A DNA stretch of 63,727 nucleotides, filler included, from Bigelowiella natans CCMP2755 (GCA_000320545.1; 5 parts of 5 records of this genome joined end to end with filler, not necessarily neighbours in it), one strand, 5' to 3'. Counted from the first letter of the whole stretch, positions 49,383 through 62,245 are shown. Made by a program: numbers and translations. The notes: a model not told the origin generated them from the sequence alone.

Positions 49383-49876
49383 TTCCTATTCAATTGGTGT
49401 TGTCGTATATCCAGCTGGCCAAGGAGGCGAGCGTGGAAACTGCAACGCACACATCGCACACTCTTTATGATCCGGAGGTGTACACTTTGCCACCCCAACA
49501 TTTTTCATAACATTTAGATAATTGAAATCGGTTTATTATAAGTCTCCATCCCGCGAAACGTTTATTTTTGAAATATGTTTTTTTGACCATCCAAAGATTT
49601 CGAAAAGTTAAATATACGTGTTTGCATTCGAGAAAAGCTAATTTATGTTATTTTTTATAAGTGCGAACAATATGAGCTCTTTCAGCCATCAATTCCTTTT
49701 GTTCTTTACGAACGCAACATTTATATTTCAAATAGACCTTATTGTAGACTTAGCGTCACGTATTTTCATCATCAACCTCATCATCTTCTTCTTCTTCTTC
49801 TTGTTTCTTCCCCTAAAAAGGCATTGTTAGCAGCAAATAAAGGAAGCTCGACCACGAGCTACTCGGCCTTTGGTTG

Positions 49877-49923
<47 letters not shown>

Positions 49924-50564
49924 TACACGCACGCACGCACTTACATAATAGTATAAACTGTACCGGATAATATAGATGGGGGGGCGGGGATTAGATATGC
50001 TTCTGTGTACCCTTCTACTGACCAGAGCCTCGACTAGCGCTCATTCTGAACGTCTTCATCATCAGCAACATCATCATCATCAATAACATCATCATCATCA
50101 ATAACACTATCCAGTCAAGATTCTGAGCCGCATGGGAAAGCCAACGGACCCTGTCGCCCCCCCCGATATCAAGGAGCTTCCAGTTACGTGAATCGCTCGT
50201 AATCATAGATTGAGGACGGGAAAGGGGCGGGGGGGGGAGGGTGGATCCAAAGCTTAACCAACGCGTCCAAAGACGACTTACATATTATCTACTTTACACG
50301 CGAATATCCGAAAACTGACAAAAACGACCCGACGACACATCTTCATCATCCAGGAAATGCCAAGTGATAAGACGTTCGTTGACGATGATGAGCACCTCGT
50401 TCCTACTCTCGAATCTTTGGGATATCCCGCTCTGCCAGACCCTAACCCTTGCCAATTCAGGCACGACTCATATAGCTAGTCGGGGAGGAGAAGGGGGGGG
50501 GGGTCGATTTTTCTTCCAGATTCTCCGTCCATATGCTCCGATGTATGCGAATATATAAAATATA

Positions 50565-50605
<41 letters not shown>

Positions 50606-50739
50606 CGATCGTCTAATCGAGCAGGGGGGGAGAAACAAAGGCGCTGGACAGGCTGTCAATGCACCTCAAAAGGAAGAAGGTAGTAGTAGTAGTGGTAGTC
50701 GTGGTAGCAGCTGACATTAGTCACTTAGAATTGCGTGTT

Positions 50740-50782
<43 letters not shown>

Positions 50783-51193
50783 TATGTGTGTGTATGTGTA
50801 TGTGTTTGCCCGCCTGCGCGCGATCTTCGATGCTAGCGTACAACACACTCCGAATGCGCTCACTTGGGAATATGTATCATCAGCATCATAATGATGATGA
50901 TGATGATAATGGTGGTGGTGGTGATGATGAATATGTGCGTGTGTGCGTCGTAGTGGGTGGCTAAATTCGAGAAGCCGAAGACAAGCCCAAACGCTCTTGA
51001 CCCAGCAACCACAGTGAGAACAACACGATATCATCATCATCATCATCATCATCATCGTCATCATCTCTTCTTATAACAACCCTTTCCTCCTCCTCCTCCG
51101 CCTCTGCTCTGGCATCATCATCATCACCACCACCAAGCATGTCCACAACACCACATGAACCTAGCGACGCGTAAATCTGGGATATAGCGGCGT

Positions 51194-51234
<41 letters not shown>

Positions 51235-52609
51235 CGCCCGCGCGCGTGTTGTTTGAGAAGGAGGGGGATGGAGGGGGATGGGGAGAGGAATACCCAGCCT
51301 TCTTCTCTATGTGATATATTGTTCGCAACCAAACATCAGGTGCTCTCCCCTTATCTTAAATTCGGCTGCCTCTCCCCGCGACGGTGTGCCCTCGACGAAT
51401 CAGAGAAATCTTGACTGAATACGAGTCATTGGCCAGAGAGCGACGACGAGAGCACCCACGGCCTTTGCCGCGCTGCTTTCGCCGTTTGGCAGGGCGTGGG
51501 CCCTGTGAGTCTCTGATGCCGAAAGAGCTTCTCAAAGCGCCGCTTCCCTGCGTTTTCTCCGTCCATTGTTGTTGTTGTGTTACATTCTTACCCGTGATGG
51601 TCTCTATCAGCACACCGTTGCTGTGATATCTTCTTCTTCTTCTTCTTCTTCTTCTTCTTCTTCTTCTTCTTCGCTGTCGTTCTTCTTTTCATGCGTCTTG
51701 TGACGTGCCTCAACCTTCTGTGATCGATTGACCTCCGTGCTGTGTCCTCAGTTTTTACGCGGGGCTGATGGATGTTTATTCGGTAGTAGTAAGTAGTAGT
51801 AGCAGCAGTGGTAGTAGATCGCTGCGTCCTCTATAAGGATGTATTGTGTATTTGTGTCTCGTGTGCGTGTGTGTGTCTGTGTTTTTATGTGCTTTTGTGT
51901 GCTTCTGCGCAGATGCACGTTGTTCTTTCGCATCGTGAAGTAGTAGTAGTAGTAGTAGTACACATTGTTTATTCATTTCCCACGTGATATACATACGACA
52001 TTATCGATATAATAAGGAATTTTCCGTCCATGCCAAGCCTCCGGTATCTTTGGAAGGACAGGTCTCTCCCCCCCCCCCCCCCCCCCCCTTCTTGCTCTCC
52101 TTCTCTCTTTCTCTCTCTCTGTCTCTCATGCGCGCGCGTGCACGTGCGATTGCTTTGCGAATTACACTAGTATCCCTCAACAAGATAGTGCCAGAATGTA
52201 AAAGTATAAAAGGGGGGGGGGGGGAGAGGAGGAGATTGAGAGATCGAAGTCTCAGGGTATTGTTTATATTTCTCAGCTGTACTGGCGAGAGTTCTTCTAT
52301 CTGAACTCTTACGCGACGCCCAACTATCACAAGATGGAAGGTGACTTTGCGAGCATTAGACTTCTCCACTCTTTTCCCCGATATTTGCGCGTAATTGAAG
52401 TTAAAACGTGGCGCGAGCACGTACGACGCTGCATGCATTCTTTGCTGCACTTTCGTCGATGGACAATGACGCTAACGTTACCGACGACAAATGGTGCGAA
52501 CAACAGGAAATCCGATATGCCGGCAGATCCCATGGAGCGACAACAAAGAATTGCTCAAAGCCTGGGAAGGTATCGGTCATCAACGAGCAACTCAAAAACA
52601 GCGCAATAT

Positions 52610-52678
<69 letters not shown>

Positions 52679-53002
52679 TTTATATTCATTCTCATCATCA
52701 TCATCATCATCATGATGTTTCTCCCCCTCATCATCTCTCCCCTCTCTCTTCTTCCTCCTCCTCCTCCTGCCCCGACTATCCCAACCCCTCAATTGGCATG
52801 ATAACCTCCCTCCTTGTTACTACTCAGAGAGCCGCACGGGATTTCCCTTCATCGACGCCATCATGACGCAATTGCGCACGACCGGATGGATCCACCATCT
52901 CGCAAGGCATATGGTGGCGTGCTTCTTGACTCGAGGGGATTTATGGGTAGCAGTAACTCGTAGCAGCGTGGATGTGTTTGGTCGATGATAGAGAAAAAGA
53001 GT

Positions 53003-53042
<40 letters not shown>

Positions 53043-53500
53043 CAACGGCCACGACGACCGTGCGAAGGCAGCACGTCATACCAATTACAATAGCAAGAAC
53101 AGTAACAAAAGAGGCGGCATGCGTACACGACAGAATCTCTCGGTTGTCTCCCTTCCGACCGCCCCAACCAGCATACCAATATCGTGTTGTCGTCGATGAT
53201 TGCGTGTTTGCATGTCGCACCTCCAGGTGTCGTGGGAGAAGGGGGCCCGCGTGTTTGATAAATACCTTCTTGATGCTGGTACCGCCCACCTCGGCTGGAA
53301 ATTGAGATAAAAAAAGGGGGACGGGGGGGGGGGGGGGGGGGACGATTTACTATTCCTCCAGTGATCATCACAATTTTGGGGGGTCATTCGAAAATGCACC
53401 GCCGCCGCTGCTGCACAAATTTGACAGAATTGCGCTGGCGGCGGCAGCTGAGAAGCAGCCAAGTTGTTCTCGAGTAATGTTTCTGCCGTGTGTCTGTGTA

Positions 53501-53542
<42 letters not shown>

Positions 53543-53736
53543 TGTGTATTTCTGCGCTGGTGCTGGTGCTATGATTATGCCCGATTGGAAGATTACGCTC
53601 TGAACAACGGAAATTGGATGTGGTTGTCGTGCTCCTGCTTCTTTTACCAGGTCTTTTGCTGCTGATGCTGCTGCTGTTGTTGTTGTTATTATTGTCATAT
53701 TTGATGCCGTTATCTGACCCTCTCCAGTCCTGAATA

Positions 53737-53781
<45 letters not shown>

Positions 53782-55117
53782 GAGAGGGGGGGACAACAAC
53801 AAATTTTAAGAACAATATATTTACATTAATATCTATATGTGTGTGTGTGTGTGTAATTTTTACACCTAATCATTTATTGATTTTATTTATATGTCTAATA
53901 CCCTTCCCCAGTTCTTTCGCTGTTACAGTCCGATAGCATTTGGAAAGAAAACAGACCCCAACGGCGACTACATTCGAAAGTAATGACGAACTCTAACATT
54001 AACAGACATAAGAATTTTTGTTTTATGAGCATCTACAATATACACATATAACACAGGCACATTCTCCCTGTATCTTCTCTGATATGTTCTTCTCCCACTG
54101 CCTCTCCCATTTCTCCTCCGTTCTCCTATTCCTCCTCATCCTCCTCCTCCGCTCCCCCCCTCCCCCCTCTTTGGCTACTTCTCCTTCTGTGTCATGAAGG
54201 TGGCTCCCATTGCTGAAGAAATACCCAAAGAAGTACATCTACGAGCCTTGGAAAGCGCCCAAATCGGTGTGAGATTAGTTTGGCATCGTGAGAAAATCAA
54301 CACATGACTTCCAACAATAAGAACGATCGCATATCACTTCACATCATCTTAGGTGCAGCAAGCGTGCGGATGCATCATCGGACAAGGTGCTGATGACAAC
54401 GCAATTAGAATCGAAAAGAGAGGGGCGGTCTCTGTTTGTACTCAGCGCTCTCTGTCGTATTTCGCGCTGTGGTGTACTGGGTGGTGTAAACATGAAACAT
54501 CTCTGTCAATCCCTCAAGAAAACACCACGACCAAATGTGTGGGAGACGCTTAAGGAAGCTTTCCTGGAGATTATGAATCGAAAAGAGTCATTTATTGTTG
54601 CTGCCGTTGATAATATGTGCTACTGTCCTCTGTGCCACCGCTGTCTTTTGCAGATTATCCTGAGCCGATTGTCGACCACACGCCCACGTCCAAGCAGAAC
54701 ATGTCTAAGATGAAGGCTGCTTATGACGCGCACAAGTATGATGATGGAGAACAAGGACGATGTGCCGATCATCATGAGAGATACGACGACAGACAACAAC
54801 ACCCATCATTGTCATCATTATCACCACCATCATCATCATCATCATCGTTGTTGATTACTTTTGATGGAGATGATGACGAGGATGATGATCGAGACCTGCT
54901 GCCTTAACCGAGTGCTTCGAAGCGCCGCCTGGAAGTAATAACGTGCAATAATCTTCATTTTTTTGGCGCTAACTATCAGGGCCGCGAGCAAATCCAAAAG
55001 CAGCTCGAAGAGCACCTCCAGCAGCAGTACTGTCTTACTTTACTATGCGTATCCCTTTTCCTCTCTTCCTTATTATGTCATGTCAAGAAACTTTTTGTGC
55101 CTTTTGTGCCTTTTTAA

Positions 55118-55157
<40 letters not shown>

Positions 55158-55407
55158 CATAACTAGCATTGATGAATTCTTACAAAATATGAGAGTGTGT
55201 GTGTATGTCTAGATGTGTGTGTGTGTGTGTCCATAAATATGCTTTCTGCACCGCTGGTACCCAACAAATCGTCGCCGTATTCCACACCAATCAGGAACTC
55301 CCTCTCCTGTCAAACGGAAGAGCAAAGGTGCCGCACGAATCAGAAAACTGAAGCAGACGAAGATTGATACCAAGCCATCGGGCAATACTAAGAAACAGAA
55401 AACATGA
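47971..55407 (+). CDS. UVR3: (6-4) DNA photolyase / animal-type cryptochrome (UVR3/CPF1-like), about 25 exons
   Basis: [74 protein letters not shown]|[55 protein letters not shown]|[57 protein letters not shown] basic tail runs to TGA 55407. Confidence 0.96.
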
Positions 55408-55960
55408 TGATCCAACTAAAGAATGCGCCCCAGCACCAACAATCTGCAGGTGTGTGTGTCGTAGTTCTTATTAATACGCAGCGTAGCACTGAGTTTTCAG
55501 TCAACTTCGAGCGAATGGCAAATGCAGGCTAGCTTGCACTACTGCAACATGCGACTTGTTGCGCGCACATCGCATGCTAACATGTGGAAAAAACCATTTT
55601 TGCTACATTTATGAGATGGTTCGTGCGATGCATGGGTGCATCGTTCCTGAATCAGATTATGTGCGTTTCATCATGCCATGCGAGCGCGCAATACGCGGGT
55701 TACCATCGTAGCTGGCATAGCCGCTTGCATCGGACGTATACAACTGTCCAGATGACTTCCCGAGCGCATAGCAGCATGAAGGACAGCGATACATGCATGC
55801 AGCGCATGGCATGACCGAAGTCTGCTGCTGATGCAAGCTTGCTAGATTGCAGAGCTATGGTAAGATAAAGCCAATGCAAACAAAGAACCGACGTGCGCTT
55901 CATCATCAACCAACAACGCACCCTGCAGTCGCGCATGATAATACGACCTAGCGACGGGGC

Positions 55961-57062
55961 TCAGCTTTGGTCGGCAAAGTACCGCAAGGTCGCATACTGC
56001 TTTAGCGCCATGAGGAGCGCCTTGTTAATGTTCATCGCCTCGACCTGTGAAGGGAGTGTACGTTTAGGATTTAAAAAAAATAAATAAAAAAAAAAGAAGG
56101 CCTTCATCAATGATCAACACCACGCAACACTCAGCATGCTCTGACGCACGTTCCGAGTGGACTGTCCTCGAAAGCAGAGCTATAGTTTGTCCGGTCAGCA
56201 TGCAGAAAGAACAAAATGTTGCCTCCTTGGTGTAGGCCCAGTACCTGTAACTGACTCGCTTGACCCGGAGAAGCCATCCGGGCTCCCATTGCCTGTGCAT
56301 AATTATTTGTCAGGAAGAAGAGAAACTAGGGGGGGGGGGGGCAATCGCGTTCATTTTTTGTTTGGTTTTCCTGCCAAAGCGAATATTTCTCATCCTGGCT
56401 AGGCTTATAATGTTGGCGTTTCTCATCATTCATGATCGAAATCGTCACTCATCGTACTTACGTGCAAAGAGGTGTCTGGAGCAGTGGCTGTGCCCTCGCG
56501 TACTGCAGCGCTGGCCTGGTGGTGTGCAGGGAAAAGCAGAAATGTTTCAGGTTCATGTTTACTCTCTTAGTTTTGATGAATTGGCATCTTTCTTCAGGCA
56601 CTTTGTAGTCAATCGTAACCCTTGCAATACGGTTATTATCGTTTGGTATAGCTCTTTGTCATCAGCAATCACCATCACCAGCACCACAAATGCTGCTTAG
56701 CCATGTTGATATCCCACCGCCATTTTACAACAGACGACACCGCTCTCGCCTCTCATGCGTGCATTTGTCAAAAATGGATATACCATAGGTATCACCCGTT
56801 ACGGATTATCAACAGACACGGTCGGAAGAAAACAAAGCTCTTCTTCTTCTTCTTCTTCTTCTTCTTCTTCTTCTTCGCGGAAGCAGTACCTTCTCCAGCT
56901 CTCCTTTCTCCATGCGACTGCATTTTACGAGCTCCGGCCTCCCGTTTTTGTTCTTTCGAGAGGAGAATCCGAAAAGACGGCATAGCGAAGGCCGCCAGGG
57001 GTACACACTGCACCTTCCCTGGAACGTGGAATATACAATTCGTATGTGCGGGTGTGAGTGGG

Positions 57063-57108
<46 letters not shown>

Positions 57109-57269
57109 TTCGGTTGTATGAGACTCACTTTCCAGTCGGAATTCGGGTCTTTAGCAAAAAACACGCAAACGTCCTCTGCATTCTCTAGCTTCTCGAGCCA
57201 GACCTCGGCCTCTCCCCGTCGGTACAGCTCTGCCGCGAGTGGCAGCATTTCTGAGGGGCTTGCTTCGAC
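55961..57269 (-). CDS. YkgJ-family (CxxCxxCC, putative Zn/Fe-S chelating) protein, bacterial-like but intron-containing; N-terminus missing
   Basis: Exons VEASPSEMLPLAAELYRRGEAEVWLEKLENAEDVCVFF..|GRCSVYPWRPSLCRLFGFSSRKNKNGRPELVKC..| ... |VEAMNINKALLMALKQYATLRYFADQS*. The C-x-F...C-x-V/I-Y-xx-RP-xx-CR pattern is the family's C-terminal half. Confidence 0.75.
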
Positions 57270-57398
57270 CTGATCCGCAACATGTGCATGCAGCAGTTCG
57301 CACCCATTATCATCATCATCATCATCATCATCGCCACCTCGATTCTCTTTTTTCGAAAACGTGACGTGTCCAACTTATAAACGTAACATTTAGCACCC

Positions 57399-57844
57399 GT
57401 TTTTACGGGGGGCTGAGGAAGGTTTATTCGGTAGTAGTAAGTAGTAGTACCAGCAGGGGTAGTAGACCGCTGCTCCCTCAATAAGGATGTATTGGTTATT
57501 TGTGTCTGGGGGGGGGGGGGGGGTCGGGGTTTTTAGGGGCTTTTGGGGGCTTCGGGGCAGATGCACGTTGTTTTTTCGCATCGGAAGGTAGTAGTAGTAG
57601 TAGTAGTCCACATTTTTTTTTCTTTTCCCCCGTGAAAAACATACGACATTATCGATATATAAAGGAATTTTCCGTCCATCCAAAGCCTCCGGTATTTTTG
57701 GAAGGACAGGTTTCTCCCCCCCCCCCCCCCCCCCCCTTCTTGCTCTCCTTCTCTCTTTCTCTCTCTCTGTCTCTCATGCGCGCGCGTGCACGTGCGATTG
57801 CTTTGCGAATTACACTAGTATCCCTCAACAAGATAGTGCCAGAA
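57399..57844 (+). repeat. degraded direct copy of 51751-52196 (two photolyase exons plus introns) abutting a gap
   Basis: Shared strings include gtttattcggtagtagtaagtagtagta, catacgacattatcgatat, ggaattttccgtccat and ggaaggacagg. The copy is essentially identical from the C-run to caagatagtgccagaa. Confidence 0.92.
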
Positions 57845-57944
57845 NNNNNNNNNNNNNNNNNNNNNNNNNNNNNNNNNNNNNNNNNNNNTTAATTAATTAA
57901 NNNNNNNNNNNNNNNNNNNNNNNNNNNNNNNNNNNNNNNNNNNN
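57845..57944. other. assembly gap with TTAATTAATTAA linker
   Basis: 44 N + linker + 44 N, followed by low-quality homopolymer-rich sequence to ~58190. Confidence 0.98.
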
Positions 57945-58157
57945 CCCCCCCCCCCCCGGGGGGACCCCCCCCCCCCCCCCTTTTATTTTTTTTTTTGTTT
58001 TGTTGTGGGTAATGGGGGGGAAAAAAAAAAAACCCCCCCCCCCCAAAACCCCCCTATTATTTTAAAATAAAAATTTTGGGGGGGGGGGGGGGGCGACCCC
58101 CCCTTTAAAAAAAAAAATTTCTCTTGCGCGCGCCTTTTCAATAAAACTCTTGGTGTT

Positions 58158-58190
<33 letters not shown>

Positions 58191-58201
58191 TTTCCTTACG
58201 C

Positions 58202-58660
58202 ATTGGTGAAAAGGCCAAGGGGAAGCGCAAGAAAATCCAGGCCATCAACGTTGGAGACCATAAGATTTCCGTTCAGGAAGAAGAGCAGATCAATGTTTGG
58301 TTTGGTGGGGGGGGATCAAAGTGAGTGTTGAATTTTTTTTTTGGGGGGGGGGGGGGGGGGCTGGGCGGTGTGGAGGACACACACAGTTACTAACTGCAAC
58401 CGCACGCATACGATGAATTCGTAATTGAGACAGTGTCTGCTCGACTCTCCGCCTTTCAATATTTTGAATTAAAAATTTTGGCCGATTTCTGCGGCAGCTG
58501 CATCGCTTTGTTGCCCGAACAACAACAACAACAACAACAACAACAATAATAATAACGTGTGGCGGTTGTCACCTCCCGTCGGCGGTATGTTCCTTTTTCG
58601 ATCTGCAGAAAAGTAGGACCGATCTGCTCATCACGACTTGCCAGCAGCGACTAAGCTCCT

Positions 58661-58696
<36 letters not shown>

Positions 58697-60641
58697 TTCT
58701 TTCCCAGGTACAACAGGGGCACACAGCGAGGCGTCTCGCGATTCAACGCCCTCCTCGAGCACATGTCCGAGCCGCTGAGGAAGGGAAAGTCCTCGTCCCT
58801 GTTTGACCCCATTGTGTACCATCGCTCCTTCGTCGGCGAGCTGGAAAAGGACCTCGTGGACGCGGCGGGCTCTTCCACTGATAATAAGAGGTCAGAGCGA
58901 AAGTCATCACAGCAGCCAAACGTGTACCTTATGGATCCGGGCAAGCTCGCCGAGAAGCTCTGCTGGGGGCTATCCCCGGATGGCATCAAGGAGACGAAGC
59001 GGTCGGCGGTGCAGGTTGGAGCGCTCGTGCAGCGCGTCAACGCGACGCAGGGCCTCACGGCCAAGTCCAGCATCGTGGCCGAGGCGCGCGCGCAGCTGAA
59101 GGACATCGGAGTCCTGAAGCTACTGTTTGAGGAGCGGAAGAAGGCGGCGAAGGTGCTCGCTGGCATTGCCCACACGTCCCTCGAGCTCGTGAAGAGGGCG
59201 AAAAACGGCAAGAAGGCCAAGAGCAAGAGCAGCGGCAGCCGCGGCGGCCGCAACCGCTCCCGGTCGCGGTCCAAGTCGAAGTCCTCCAACTCGGCCCGCG
59301 GCGGCGGCGGCCTGGCGAGGCGGGACATCGAGAACCACGCGAAGGCGCCCATCAACGCGTGGCTGTGCAACGAGGCCGTCCTCGTGAAGCACCTCGAGCT
59401 CCTGTCCGCCCAGTGCGCGCTCAGGCCGCCGCCGGCGCGCCGCCGCCGCCACCAGGTGGAGCTCTTCCGCAGAGTCACCGAGCTCCTCGCCTCTCCGTGG
59501 GTGCGCGCGCACGTCCACCCCCAGGGCACCGACCCCTCGCAAATCGCCGGAGACCTCCTGCCACCGGCAGCAGGGAAGGGGCCTGCGGCTCCGAAAACGC
59601 CTCTCCCCCCCCCCGTTCGACTGGACGACCTCATGAGAGTCATCCGCTCGGCGGGGCTGGCCATTCTCCTCGACGAGATTCCGCGTCTACTGGAGGAGGA
59701 TGTCCGCAAGGGAGGGGGGGCGGTGAGGGACCGCGTGGCGGCCTACTGCAGGTTTCTTGGAAAGAACTACGACGAGGCCAAGTATGATCTCCCGCAAACG
59801 GTTTCGAGGCTGTTTGCTGAGTTATCAATGCTTTATCCACGTGGTGGGAGGGAGCCGGAGGGCGAGCCCGATAATGCCACCGATCCATTGCTGGCCGCGA
59901 TGGTGGGAGAGGAAGTGGAAGGAGAGATTGCAGCGGGGTCGAGGGTTCGGAAGGAGACGAGGAAAGACACCCGCTGGAACAAGGTGTGTTGCTGCTCTCA
60001 TCGTCGTGTCTTGTTATCTCCTCTTTTCCGCCGCCGATGCGGTTGTGTATAGTCGTTACGTATTTCCCTCCCCCCCCCCTCTCTTTTCTATCAATCGTCC
60101 TATCACCTTGAAGCGTTATCATCTCCGCTATCGTCATCCTCATGGTCGTCGTCATCGTCGTCGTCCGCCATCATCATCATCATCATCATCATCGTCATCC
60201 TCATCATCATCATCGTCATCCTCATCATCCTCATCCTCATCATCAAAACGTGATCGATCGGTTCTCTGCTACACATATCCCCGTGCGTTCCCCGCCATCC
60301 ATCAGAGGGACCGAATCGAGGCCTTTCACCGAGCGTCGATAGAAACGGCGTACAAGCAGCTCCTTCACTCGCAGCGGCTGCTGCAGGAAGCAAAAGACCT
60401 CCTCCAAAAGGAAAAGCGCACTGCGAGTCCGGGCGCAGAGGCAGCGGCTCATGCGGACGAAGACTCGCCTTTTAATGACCTGAGCAGCGTCAAGAAGCTG
60501 GTTGAGTTTCAAATGGCGCATATCGGCCCCTACATGAGGAGGTGGCAACTGCCATCTGTGCTAATATACTCGCGAACTATCACAACTGGAATCGTGAGCG
60601 GCTTTTGGCTGCTTTCTTAATGATACACTGATCGCGAGACG

Positions 60642-60709
<68 letters not shown>

Positions 60710-60912
60710 ACACGCACACATCTGCACACATCTGCACAATGTATGCACACATGACGCGCGCGCGCGCGCGCGGACAACACATGCAAGGTATTTTGCAACC
60801 AAATACTCGCGTATGACGCAAAGTGGTTTTGATTTATTTATTTATTCATTTCTTCTCATTTGTTTATTTTTCCTCTGATCAAAAACATGAAAATATAAAT
60901 AATAATAATAAC

Positions 60913-60944
<32 letters not shown>

Positions 60945-61356
60945 AATAAATAAATGAAGGGACTTGAACGGTCAATTTGACTCCCGCGCGGAGGCGTTCG
61001 GGTTCTGGCCTGACAGCTGGCAGCGTATCCTCCTGGACGTTGTTGACCGGAGGCAAAGCGCGCTTGTGTGCGCCCCCACATCGGCGGGGAAGACGTTTGT
61101 TGGCTACTACGCTATCAACGAGGCCGTGAGGCGGAACAAAGAGAGCAAGTCCAACAACAACCTCGTCATCTACATGGCGCCGACCTTGCAGCTGCTGCAG
61201 CAGGTAAGATCACTACTGTTGTGAGGTGATTATGAGGACTCGTAGCAGCAACCTTGTGCTGCTGCTGCTGCTGTTGTTGTTGTTGTTGTTGGGCTTGGTT
61301 CGGGTAGTCTTTATTGCGAAGGAACATGCAGCACAATCCGGCCCACACACCTGCAC

Positions 61357-61402
<46 letters not shown>

Positions 61403-62005
61403 ACACACGCGCGCGCGTACGCGTACGCACACAGGCGACCGAAGAGATCTACGCGCGGTACCGCGACAGCGACATCCGGCTCGGGCTCGGGCAGTACAGC
61501 CGCTACATCTCCTCCACAGGCCCCGACCTCCGCCAATGCGACGTGCTGATGACCTCCCCGGAGCACCTCGAGCGCCTCGTCTTCTCCACCTACGCGGGCT
61601 GCCAGGCGAAGCTGATCGACAAGGTGCGCTACATCATCATCGACGAGGTCCAGTACCTGGCGGCGAACCCGGCACTCGAGCGCGTGATGAAGCTCCTCCG
61701 CTGCCCCTTCCTGGCGCTCTCTGCAACCGTTCCGAACGGCGGCGAGCTCAAGCAGTGGCTGCAGACGCTGCGTAGCGTGGACGACACCGTCGTCGATGTA
61801 AACGCGGCCGCCGCATCCGGGAGGGGGGGGGTGGGTCCCCCCGACGACGAGTTTCCGCCAGAGCTGCGCGAGGAGCTATCCACCGTGGCAAACAAGCGCG
61901 TCGTGCACCTCATCCGCCACCCGTACCGCTACGCCGACCTCGGGAAGCACTTCTACTACCCGACGATCTACAACGACAGCCCCCATGTGCGGCTCAAGAA
62001 CACGG
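58202..62005 (+). CDS. DDX60-like: DDX60-like Ski2-family RNA helicase (partial at both ends)
   Basis: VEFQMAHIGPYMR|RDLNGQFDSRAEAFGFWPDSWQRILLDVVDRRQSALVCAPTSAGKTF (motif I), VIYMAPTLQLLQQ (Ia), VLMTSPEHLE (Ib), VRYIIIDEVQ (II), CPFLALSATVPN (III), RYADL. A large GC-rich exon spans 58708-59983. Confidence 0.88.
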
Positions 62006-62145
62006 AGTATGCTTCGGCCAGGTGGGGGTGGTGGGGGTGTGGGAGAAGAGGGCTAAGAAATTCTTATCGTCCTCCTCCTTCCTATCCTCCTCCTCCTCCT
62101 CCTCGCCATCCTTGTCCTGCTCGCTTCACGAGTGGGGGGGGGGGG

Positions 62146-62245
62146 NNNNNNNNNNNNNNNNNNNNNNNNNNNNNNNNNNNNNNNNNNNNTTAATTAATTA
62201 ANNNNNNNNNNNNNNNNNNNNNNNNNNNNNNNNNNNNNNNNNNNN
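62146..62245. other. assembly gap with TTAATTAATTAA linker
   Basis: 44 N + linker + 44 N. Confidence 0.98.

Noticed and set aside
57945-58200. G/C-run-rich block as a G-quadruplex or telomere-like element
   Set aside because: It is homopolymer-dominated sequence directly after a gap, consistent with a low-quality read end.
58651-59709. 352-aa minus-strand ORF
   Set aside because: It is antisense to the GC-rich helicase exon; the lack of stops is explained by codon bias.
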